A stretch of DNA of 50,510 nt from Nemertoderma westbladi (lineage: Eukaryota; Animalia; Xenacoelomorpha), in contig JAUCBJ010001474.1 in NCBI GenBank assembly GCA_032718475.1, positions 1 through 50,510 of the forward strand, read 5' to 3'. Made by a program: the position numbers and the translations under genes. This document shows positions 29,001 to 39,662 of this stretch, piece after piece. The notes beneath the pieces were generated by a model. It was not told where the DNA came from and made no database searches. It saw nothing but the letters and a program-made list of their open reading frames with translations. Positions within the stretch are counted from its first letter, which is position 1. Every line of letters starts with the position of its first letter.

Positions 29001-30460
29001 TGTTGGTATAATATAGTGTCGGTATAATATAGTGTTGGTATAATATACAGAATTGGTATAATATAGTGTTGGTATAATATAGTGTTGGTATAATATAGTG
29101 TTGGTATAATATAGTGTTTGTATAATATAGTGTTGGTATAATAAAGTGTTGGTATAATAAAGTGTTGGTATAATATGGTGTTGGTATAATATAGTGTTGG
29201 TATAATATAGTGTTGGTATAATAAAGTGTTAGTATAATATAGTGTTGGTATAATATAGTGTCGGTATAATATAGTGTTGGTATAATATACAGAATTGGTA
29301 TAATATAGTGTTGGTATAATATAGTGTTGGTATAATATAGTGTTGGTATAATATAGTGTTAGTATAATATAGTGTTGGTATAATATACAGAATTAGTATA
29401 ATAAAGTGTTGGTATAATATAGTGTTTGTATAATAAAGTGTTAGTATAATATAGTGTTGGTATAATATAGTGTCGGTATAATATAGTGTTGGTATAATAT
29501 ACAGAATTGGTATGATATAGTGTTGGTATAATATAGTGTTGGTATAATATAGTGTTGGTATAATATAGTGTTTGTATAATATAGTGTTGGTATAATAAAG
29601 TGTTAGTATAATATATTGTTGGTATAATATAGTGTTGGTATAATATAGTGTCGGTATAATAAAGTGTTGGTATAATATAGTGTTGGTATAATATACAGAA
29701 TTGTTGGTATAATAAAGTGTTGGTATAATAAAGTGTTAGTATAATATAGTGTTGGTATAATATACAGAATTGTTGGTATAATAAAGTGTTAGTATAATAA
29801 AGTGTTGGTATAATAAAGTGTTGGTATAATATAGTGTTGGTATAATAAAGTGTTAGCATAATATAGTGTTGGTATAATATACAGAATTGGTATAATAAAG
29901 TGTTGGTATAATAAAGTGTTGGTATAATATAGTGTTGGTATAATCAAGTGTTAGCATAATATAGTGTTGGTATAATATACAGAATTGGTATAATAAAGTG
30001 TTGGTATAATAAAGTGTTGGTATAATATATTGTTGGTATAATATAGTGTTGGTATAATATAGTGTTGGTATAATAAAGTGTTAGCATAATATAGTGTTGG
30101 TATAATATACAGAATTGGTATAATAAAGTGTTGGTATAATAAAGTGTTGGTATAATATAGTGTTGGTATAATCAAGTGTTGGTATAATAAAATGTTGGAA
30201 AAATAAGGTGTTGGTGTAGTGAAGTGTTGGTGCAATAAGGTGTTGGTATTATAAAGAGTTGGTATAATAAAGTGAAGTTTGATACAGCGTTATTATATAA
30301 GGTGTTGGTGTAATAAAGTATTGGTGTGATAAAGTATTAATATGATATAGATTTGGTTGATTAAAGTTATGATCACGATAAAGTATTGGTAAAATAAAGT
30401 GTTGCTGTGATAATAGTATATATTGATAAAATAAAGTATTTCTATGATAAAATTAGTATT
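2081..30460. repeat. Satellite array, 16-bp consensus GGTATAATATAGTGTT (~1,700 monomers) with 18- and 21-bp variants
   Basis: Directly visible. Variants include ...AATAAAGTG, GTTAGT, GTCGGT, GTTTGT and GGTATAATATACAGAATT(GTT). Homogeneous to ~30190, then degenerating to ~30460. Confidence 0.99.
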
Positions 30461-30476
30461 GACGTATTACTTCCAG

Positions 30477-30582
30477 AACCTGTTTGCATTGATACGTCGG
30501 AGAAACCGGAAGCTCATGATTACGGATTTCTGGCAGATCCCAAGCGATTAGTTCTCTACGTAAATGACGTCGAAGCAACAAC
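30477..30582 (+). CDS. Exon of the discoidin-domain gene
   Basis: ttacttccAG acceptor, GTAAGT donor. The only open frame is phase 1, matching the 1413 donor: (E)PVCIDTSEKPEAHDYGFLADPKRLVLYVNDVEAT(T). Ends in phase 2. Confidence 0.85.
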
Positions 30583-30953
30583 GTAAGTTTTGCTAGAAAT
30601 GCTTATTGATTTAAGATGGTAATGAACCTTAACCTGGTCCTTTCCCTTTATAGCATGTTGTACCTTTAAATATATCAAAACCATGAGTATTAATTTACTG
30701 TCTTTTTAGTGTCCATTTCATTTCTCCATAACATTTCATTCCTCCTTCAAGAGGTAGGTATATACTTAATAAATATATAGGTATAAATATTCAAGAAAAG
30801 ATAGAACAATATTACATTCAGTCGTTCATTAATGGAATGGAGGAAGTTACTTCTGCTTCCTTTTCTGCCCAAATAATAAACGACACTCGAGGCCACGGGT
30901 AAAGATTAATTTTTGCTTTTTCAATTGAATATTTAAATATTCGCTATTTCGCA

Positions 30954-31015
30954 TTTAGCACCTAGAATTAGCATTATATTTAGCATCTAGAATTAGCATT
31001 AGATTTAGCATTTAG
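30954..31015. repeat. Short intronic tandem repeat (~25-bp unit built from TTAGCA submotifs)
   Basis: tttagcacctagaattagcattata / tttagcatctagaattagcattaga / tttagcatttag. Confidence 0.7.
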
Positions 31016-31111
31016 ACTGAGACACAAGGTTACATGAGTTTAAAAGTTGTTACCGTTTAGTCTGTAATTATCCATAGGGAAGGAATGAATCTATGTGTTT
31101 TTGTTATTCAG

Positions 31112-31232
31112 GAGAGAAAGGCGCGTCTACATAATGCGGAAAGAAGGGACCAATCGGGTTTGGACAAAATTCCCGGTTTTTATCTCCAACGTGATTGGGT
31201 ATCACCCAGGACCAACTGGCACAATTAGTGAG
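31112..31232 (+). CDS. Exon of the discoidin-domain gene
   Basis: tttttgttattcAG acceptor, GAG|GTATAT donor. Phase 2 to phase 0: RERRVYIMRKEGTNRVWTKFPVFISNVIGYHPGPTGTISE. Confidence 0.8.
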
Positions 31233-32479
31233 GTATATGTCATTAACCAGGAAATCTATTATCTATATTAAATAAATAAACTATAATTATATTATTCTAA
31301 ATTATAAGTAATGCAGCTTTTGTCACTTTAACAAACATTCAAATTCACAATAACTTCTTAGAGGATATTTCAAGATCGCGTCAGTCGTCCTAGAATTAGT
31401 GAATTACTGAATAATTAATGAAGAGTTAAGTACGTTACGTATTTCATGATAAAAAATGATAAATATAGCTGATAAAAAATAACCCTGGATTAAATAAAGC
31501 ATGATGAGAGGGTAATTAATCGGAGTGTCGATATGTAAACAGAACTAGGCACACACCAGCTAAATGTCATGGTAGGGAAGCGTGACTTATAACTTATAAG
31601 GTGGAAAGAAGAAACGATATGTGCACAGCCATACTTTAATTTTCTCCCTCGAAACATCGCGCGCAATATCAATAATTAATTATTATAGATGGCCCTTGTA
31701 AAACGATAGAAATAATGAAATATACTACAGTATGTAGTAGTAGTGGGGGTTGTAAGTTTGTTTGCTGTATTTATCTATATTTGTGAAATATGCAGATAAG
31801 CTGTATTGGTTCACAATATACAAAAAGTGAGAAAAAAAAATCAAAAAATATATGTTGAATCAATTTTCGACAATGTATCAAATATGGTACACCATTCGGT
31901 AAGTATGTTGGTCGTTGGACCAACATTTGTAGCAAATAAGCTACAGTTTATACTTTACACGAAAATATTTTATAATTTAAACTTAATCTTTTTATCAAAT
32001 TTTTACTTTATTTTAATCTTTAAATAACTGAAAATGCTAAACTTTCATCGAAGCTTTTAATTGATTGCGCCTTGAACAAACTCAGATAAGGCGCCATATA
32101 GATATTATTATTATTATTATTTTTATTATATCATAGTGTTTCCAAAGTTACAACTCCAAGAAGTATTACTTGCGGCATTATAATCAACAATATTCTGGTT
32201 TTTGTGGTTCAGAAATCCATAGATTGACACCTTGAGTATGATATTTACCTCCTTTTGAACATCTTCCGAGATTAATGTTGTTAATGTCAATTCAAGGTTA
32301 ATTTCTAGGTCGGCTTGTCCCTCTGTTTGAGCCACTCTACTTGACTTCAGATACAAAGCCAAGTCTGTTTCCGGTTTCGCTTAGGATATGATTTGGTAAA
32401 TATTATTGAAGGGTGGTGACTCCCATTCCTCTTTTATTGGAGGAAGTGCTATCGGCATACTGCATTGGATAGCAGACTT

Positions 32480-33320
32480 ATATATATATTCATATCTATG
32501 AGGATGTTATGCAGGCTGGTCAACAAAATTGCGCCGCCACAACTTCTTATCCTCCATGACTAGGGTGTGATTATCCGCATCTTCATGCCAGTGTCCTTTA
32601 AGAGGCGTCTCAAGTAAGTCATGCTTATTCTCTCCATGAGTCGCTCAATCACAAAACGTGCACTCACTGTCCTCATGGTGAAAGCTACTACTACTACTAG
32701 GTCGAGCGAACTCGGACAGTGGAAATGAGATCCTTCCAGGCTTCCCGATTCTCCATAGTTGTCGCAATTTCGTTTCTCCCAAGTTCAGTATCCCTTTCAA
32801 GTTGATCTATATATGTTATGGCCGGTCGTCCACGACTACGCTTTCCATGAGTTGGTTGCCAGAAAAGTAGATCTGGTATGACCTCGTCTTTACTTCGCCA
32901 GCAGTGCCAACTGAATCTTAATCTGCGTTCACGGAGGGTGGTTGATACAGGTGGTATTGTACCATAAAGCTCGGCGTTTTTCATGTGTTGTCTCCAGCTG
33001 ATGTTTAGGGCTGCCCTTAGTAGTCTTGTGTAGCAACCATTAATTCGTTGTTCAAGTGATTTAGTCAGTGTCCAGGTCTCACCCCCGTATAATAATACAC
33101 TTTCCACTGTGGCTCGAAAGAACTTAGTCTTCAGGTGCCTGGAGAGATCTGATTTCCAGATGGTATCCATTTTTGATAGAGCTACCCAAGTCTTTGCTTT
33201 CACTGTCCTCGTGGTGAAAGCAATGTCCTGCAAATGTGAGGTGGATGGCTCTGTTCTAGTGTCAAGCTTGACGCTGAACGCAAATCCCATCTTGGCGAAT
33301 TAATATCCCGTCTCAATGTT
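32480..33320 (-). mobile_element. Old, heavily degraded RTE-clade 3' fragment interrupted by a younger RTE
   Basis: Joining the flanks across the TSD gives minus-strand remnants LTFAGHCFHHED...THG...TYLRRLLKDTGM...MEDKKLWR with frameshifts, resembling the RTE ORF C-terminus. Boundaries are approximate. Confidence 0.55.
32686..33199 (-). mobile_element. 5'-truncated RTE-clade LINE with (TAG)n tail and 22-bp TSD
   Basis: IWKSDLSRHLKTKFFRATVESVLLYGGETWTLTK...LFWQPTHGKRSRGRPAITYIDQL...RVRST*, followed by (TAG)n. Flanked by TCACTGTCCTC[A/G]TGGTGAAAGC at 32664-32685 and 33200-33221. Confidence 0.93.
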
Positions 33321-33435
33321 AAATTCTCAATTTAGGGAAAGGAGCAGGTTACAGTGGCACGTTATTATAACCAAAACAATAAACTAAACACAATAGAACA
33401 AGATACAGTTTTATTTTTTTGAGAGTAATCAGCTA

Positions 33436-33603
33436 TTATATGCGTCCAATTTCCCCTGGAGAGGGATGAATTTTATTGCGTCCAATTTCCCTGGAGAGGG
33501 ATGAATTTTATTGCGTCCAGTTTTCCCGGGAGAGGGAGGCATTTTTATTGCGTCCAGTTTCCCCTGGAGAGGGATGAATGTTTATCGCGTCCAGTTTCCC
33601 CCC
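33436..33603. repeat. Minisatellite, ~36-37 bp unit, ~4.5 copies
   Basis: Unit approximately TTTTATTGCGTCCARTTTCCCCTGGAGAGGGATGAA. Confidence 0.9.
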
Positions 33604-34105
33604 CTATCTGTGTGTACTTGCCATCCCAGCATCCATAGATTTTGTGTCTTTAACAATTAGAGCCCAGCAGCGTGGAGTTCCAAAAAGAGGAAAATATTGA
33701 TGTTGTGCCACCATTTTACCTGATTTTAATGTTGACGAGTCGCATACAGTAGCAAATGCACAGCAGCGAGTGATAAATAAAATATTTTTTTATTGTTTTG
33801 AATATGAATGCTATTCAATGCTATAACAACATTGCAATATTTTTGTTTTGAAATACGTCCTTATATTATATATATATATCCTTATACAATATATATAAAA
33901 CTGCAGACACCTACCGCAGTTCCAGTTGTACAGTTGTACAGTGATTGATATATCGGTATCGGCACCGGTTCTCCGAGTTGCCCCGTCCAGCCATTACCCC
34001 CTCCTCCGACCAAGCTGACTCCAAAGAACAAGGAAAACAAAGAAACGACTAAACCCAACAAAATTCATTACTATTCCGGAAAATAAAGGATAACAAAAAG
34101 CGAGG

Positions 34106-36606
34106 ATGGTAATTCCGAAGGCTGCTAAACCTGCGGCTAAGGATTGCAGCAGTTCCCCTCTCCTACTAACTCGACAATCGTACTCAAGACGTATTGCTAG
34201 AAGGGAGTCGCTTGGGCTGCAACGCAAACCATTGTTAGTCGAGTCATCGAAAAAGGGGCGCGGAGTCAAGAGTAAATTCGCACTGAAACCCGAACCAACA
34301 GACGGTATAATCCGTGGAGAGATCAACTCGGACTTTATCAAACTAGATAACTCAGTCAACACAAGCAATGTCTATGAAGCATTGAGCTCGCCCACGAACT
34401 CCACTGGTTCGTTACCGCAGTCGCCCGACACCAGCGTTCAGTTCGATGCGGAATTTGCCGGAACCGAAAAGAGCGATGCGAACAAGGGAATAAACAGCTG
34501 TGAGTTCCACCCCAATTCGTTAGCCAAACTCGATCCCAAGGAACTAAACTCCCTCATCAGATCCTATCTGCAAGAAGTCCCCAAGGACCACCCCGCAAAC
34601 ACGATACCCCTCCCCAAAGCACTGGAGACACTAAAACCTGGGAAATGGCTAAGCGACGATGTGGTAGACGGATTTATGGGGCTGATCTAGCAACACTTTC
34701 CCCACACCACGCCGATCCCCAGCCACCTCGCGCAACAATTGCGATCGCCAGGCTGCGACCAACTAGTCGCTGTGAAATACGTGGTGCCTTGTTACCTCGG
34801 CCTCTACCAGCCCGCAGCCCCGACGATCCTCTTTCTTCCGGAATGCGTCCACGACCACTTTATCCTCCATGTCGCCGACACAGAGGAGAGAATCGTCTAC
34901 AGTCTAGATTCCCTCCGGCCCTCGATGCCAACCAAAATAACGTTCGCCCTTGTAGATGTTTTAATTAAGATCAATGAACTCGCTCCATCGAGAGAAGTTA
35001 CAAAAACAGCCCAATGTATGGTCGGGACTAAGAATTCATCTTTCTCCAAACAATCGAATGGTATCTACAGCTGCCTATATGCGCTGACAGTCGCTCAGAA
35101 TAAGCCGCAGATCCCGGCTATTCATTACGACTCCAATAAATCCCGTAACTGGGTACACGATTGCTTCATTAAATTCAAATTAGTAAATGACCACGCCATA
35201 GATATCGATTTTACATACACTCCTGATGCCGCTAATTACACCAAAACAAAAGACAACGTAGAAACACAACAAACTGTACTCAGTGAGCTACACAACATAG
35301 CTCAGTTCCCCAGGAAAGATTCCATCAAGATGTTTTCGGAAAAATTTACGATCGGACAGATCAGTGAAATCCGTCAAGATTTATTTGAAAGCGTCCTCAA
35401 GCTGACAACCCCAGTTCAGCAGGCTTCTCTCCAGCTGCAGCCACAGACAAGCGCGAACGCCTTGGCGACAGACGTTCTGGAACTCCTGCACAGCCAATCT
35501 AATGGCCTATTGACCGAACCATGCCGAAAACGTCTACGTGTATTCGACATCGCGAATGAAAAAGGTGTAACTTTAGAAGGCCTTAAAAACGACTTCATCT
35601 CTGCAGTGTCTGCGCTGCAAGCTCGTATTGTCGAGACTAATAACACAAAACTCAACGAACGCCTATGTACCATAACCGACAAACTTAGTATCGAAAGGCA
35701 CAAACGGATCATAATAGAGAACCAACTAGACAAACTGAAATCGAAACAGTCACCTACGGATAATAAATCAAATCAGCTGATAAATAACGTAGTACGAACA
35801 ACAATCATACCCTCCATTAATAGACACCCAGATCCGGATGCATGGGCCGATAACTCTGACAAAGACGACGAAGAATATTTAATCGTTGATGCCATCGAAT
35901 CTCCGCCAGCTAAGCTTAAAACTAACAACCCACCTACATACAAAGACCATTCACTTAAAGAACCCAGCATCTAACCCAATGATAGGGAATGGACAACTTT
36001 TGGCCCGAGAAACAAGAAATTAATAGCGGCCCACATTGAGTCAACCTCTGCTCCCCTATAAAGCAATAAATATTCAGCGACTCATAGCCAAACCAACACA
36101 AAAAAACCCCAATCCGATCAGAGGCCAGCACTAAAACTACAGTGTGCGGAGTCAAGAAAACTGCAAACTCTATTCATCAACAGAATTTCTCGGAAAAATA
36201 ATGAGGATGATATCATAGAATATCTGCGGGTTCGTAAAATACGGGTCCATTGTATAACAACTAGAATATCCCGGGACTCAATCAATATTCGATTAATAGT
36301 GGACCAAGAAGACTCGGTGATGGTTAAACAAGCCGGTTTCTGGCCGGATGGAATAACATGCTGCGACTGGGGGACTGGGAGTGGGATCGCAACCAAAACG
36401 CGCAACCCCAACAACATTCGCCGGAACGTGGTGTGCCCAAACAATCGCCATGGCACCAAGATCACTACGATCAACATACAAGGCATCGAGATCCCCACCA
36501 ACAGGACCAGTATTCTCGCGAACGTGGCACTTATTATCAATCTCCACTTGAACAGGATCGATACGCACAATGCCCGAGTGAACGCACGCTGAGGCATCGG
36601 GTTTAA
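34106..36606 (+). pseudogene. LINE ORF1: Ulp1/C48 peptidase-like domain, coiled coil, and RRM-like C-terminal domain
   Basis: Track ORFs 34106, 34739 and 36299 share one frame, split by stops at 34688, 35972 and 36059. Motifs: TLKPGKWLSDDVVD, DHFILHVAD, YSLDSL, KQSNG; then LFINRISRKNNEDDIIEYL...FWPDGITCCDW. An 8-bp duplication at 36365-36380 shifts the tail, whose original frame probably ends at 36606. Confidence 0.8.
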
Positions 36607-36643
36607 CCCGCACAAAACCCAGGATAGCGGAAACAGCAAACCA

Positions 36644-39600
36644 GTGAGATTTAGCACCTTCAACACCAGAGGATTTTCAGGCAACACCGAATATATTGAC
36701 AAACTGCTTGACGAGTGTGACTTTCTCGCTCTCCAGGAACACTGGCTGGACGACTTGGAATGCAAGACCATTCTAGAACCCCTGAACGACAAGTTCCAGT
36801 GCGTATATGCGGTCAGCCCTCTGATGGAGAACCAATACCGCAAACGTGGTGCTGGTGGTGTCGCGCTCTACTTTAGGAAGGACCTGGTGCGGACATGGTC
36901 ATGGGTGGATGGCAGTGATGGTATCGTCGGTATCATCGCTAACCTGAACAATTGCAATCGGTCTATTATAGCGCTATCATGCTACGCACCAGACCAATCC
37001 AAGGACGCAGCCCTGTACGACAGTTTTCTGGGTCGCATACACTCGGAAGTTACTCGGTATTCGGGATGTACCCCCATATTACTAATGGACTGTAATGCCG
37101 ACTTGGGAAACCTGCAGGGATCAAGAGGTCAGTTATCGAGTAAAAAGGCCAATACCAGAGGGCTACATCTTGACAGCTTCCTCAACAGCAATGTCGCCGA
37201 CACACATAGCCCATTTACTGGGCCAATAATAACGTTTCGCGGTCAAGGCCAAAATACCAGTTCGTATATTGACCACATTGTGATGTCTGCCGACGGTGGT
37301 GGGCTCATCAGAAGCGGGTGTGTGTATCGTGATGACCCTGCTAACAACCATTCGGACCACGCCGCAGTTCTAGCTACTTTTGATCTCGCAACACCATATG
37401 ACTACACGGAGGACAACAAGGGTCCAAATAAGTCAAACCGGCGTCAAATAAAATTCAACTGGGACAAAGCCTCATCTGAAGGCAAACATAAGTACAAAGT
37501 AGCCATTGACGTGGCGATCGCAAAGTTAATTGATGATACCAAGGGACTCTGTGACATTGATGCAATAAGTAACTGTATGGAATCGTTGCAGAGCTTGGTG
37601 GTTGTGGCAGCCACATCATTTATCCCAATAATAAAACAGCGGCGGCCCACCACAAACCTTCGCATATGATCGAAGCTCCTACGAGCGAGTTCCAGAACTA
37701 CACAGGACCTGTACAAATTATGGCGTGTTACTGGACTGGACCCCGAGGATCAACTCGGTTCGGCTTTCAAAGAGTCCAAGCGTCGCATGAGGAGGATAAA
37801 AAAATTTCACTCGTGGAACATGGAACGCAATTCAATGAATAAATGGTCGAGGAATTTCAGTTCCCATCCCCGCCAATTCTGGTCCAATGTGAACCGAACC
37901 AGCACCACAAGCGCACCGCCAACCATGGAATCGGTACTGCGATCCCACTACACTACCAAGTTTAGTGGGGACTATGGTCTGAGTGATTCTCTCAGAACCG
38001 ATTTAAAGGAAGCCTGTGACACCAGCGTTTTACCTCAAATATTGCCTCTGGCGGTCAGACTAGCCGTCACCTCTCTCTCGACAAGAAAATCGCCGGACTT
38101 TTCCTCGCTAACTGCCGAGCACATTCTGTATATGAATCCGGAGCCGATATGCGAGCTACTAGCCGTTGTAATAAATACCTGTTTTGAACTGAAACAAGTA
38201 CCGACGTTGTTTGGCAACTCAGTAATCTCGAGTCTGTACAAAGGAAAACAGCGGGATTTATTTTGTACAGGGTCATTGCCTACAATTGCCTCGATTAGCA
38301 TCTGGGCAAAGGTCTTTGAGCGGGTGATACTTGCAGAGTTTCTGGGCGGTATAAAACTACACGACAATCAGACGGCGTATCGCAGCAGCATTGGGTGCGA
38401 CATCGCCATAGCTACAGTTCTGGAATGCATTGAGAGTAACTTAGTGAGAGGGTCCCAATTGTACATCTGCCAGCTAGACATAGAGGCTGCATTCGACTCC
38501 GTGGACTATGTTACATTGGGTCGGAAGATGATGGAGTTCGTTAACCCTCACATCGTCGCCACCGTGCTCAATTACTACATGGTCAGAAACCTTGTACCTA
38601 AAGTTCGACGGCCTGATCGATCGTGACGGAATCTCTGTTCGACGAGGCGTTAAACAGGGATCCTTGTTATCACCGATCCTATTCAACCTGTACACAAGAA
38701 GCATACTGGACAACCTAGAGGAATCCCATGTGGGATATACAATCAATTCAATCTGGTTGGGAGCCATATCATATGCGGACGATTTCTTACTAATGACGAA
38801 CAATCCAAAAGATACGGAAATTCTATTTATGGTCTTCAGCAAGTCCGCCAATGATATAAAACTGTCGGTCGAATCTAGTAAAATTAAGTGGACGGTATTT
38901 TCAAACCAAAGGAATTGCCACCAACCGTCCTTCCTCCGGCTTGGCAAACCGCTGTTCCCGCGCAGTAAATCCTGGACCTTCCTCGGCTATAACCTGGCCC
39001 AGTTGCAGACCAACCCTCTGGACGCCGCGGCCCAGAAGATAGTCGCCCTCGCACGGATGTTCCAGGCGAAGGGCTGGACGACCCGGTGGCTGCCGGCAGC
39101 GACTGTTGCCAACCTGTGGTGCACCGTCGCTCTACCGGCAGCCCTGTACTCATTAAAACTCAACATCGGGGTGTTCACTCAAACTGAATTGGGAAAACTC
39201 GACGTGGTTTACAGGAACGCCCTCAGGAGTCTGATGTGTGTTGGACCGTACATTGGGAACTCAACACTCTACCACCTAACCCAGCTGAAACCCATCTCGC
39301 TGGAGGCCTTCCGGCTATCGGTTGGTACACTCGTGCGGTACAACGAGTGCCCCAACAAAGCCCTCCAGAGCGCCTTTGCATCCCTGGCAATCGCCAGCCT
39401 GTCCGGGAGACAGGGGAGAGGCTCCTACGCAGGAGTTCTCGGCGGCTACAGAGCCACCTCCACCGAGCACCCTCTACCACGGCTCGAGTCCATTCTAATG
39501 TACCGCTACGCTAAGGACTCCATCGTAAACCGGATGGTTATGGGCGCGCCGACCTTCACAGATATTGGGAACGCTGATTTCATTGCGGCCTGCTTCGACC

Positions 39601-39662
39601 TCCAATCGCTGACATTGCGGGAAAAACTGAAACGAATAAAGGAATTTTATGGCATCATTTAG
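36644..39662 (+). pseudogene. LINE ORF2: AP endonuclease plus reverse transcriptase
   Basis: APE motifs FNTRG, LQEHWL, YAP, MDCNA, IDHI, SDH; RT motifs LDIEAAFDSV, GVKQGSLLSPILFNLY, YADD. In-frame TGA at 37667-37669 (probably Trp) and a frameshift near 38590. Confidence 0.95.

Noticed and set aside
2252-30235. Minus-strand Y/T/I-rich ORFs in the satellite
   Set aside because: They are translations of the 16-bp repeat, which lacks stops on that strand.
2081-30460. CRISPR array or bacterial TATAAT (-10) promoter array
   Set aside because: Units are head-to-tail with no unique spacers or cas genes, and the context is a spliced eukaryotic gene.
30710-30898. Two extra exon-like segments (30710-30753 and 30822-30898)
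   Set aside because: Their phases do not fit after the phase-2 donor at 30582, which joins 31112 directly.
32104-32362. 78-aa minus-strand ORF followed by (TAA)n as another LINE end
   Set aside because: No recognisable protein motif or TSD.
36365-36644. Single-ORF polyprotein or readthrough between ORF1 and ORF2 (same frame, one TGA)
   Set aside because: An 8-bp duplication (GACTGGGG/GACTGGGA) explains the shared frame; removing it gives an ORF1 tail ending at 36606. A family consensus is needed to exclude readthrough fully.
34688-37669. Alternative genetic code suggested by in-frame stops
   Set aside because: TAG, TAA and TGA all occur alongside frameshifts, and the host exons have none; this is ordinary decay.
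33994-39514. Antisense and alternative-frame ORFs over the LINE
   Set aside because: Shadow ORFs with no recognisable motifs.
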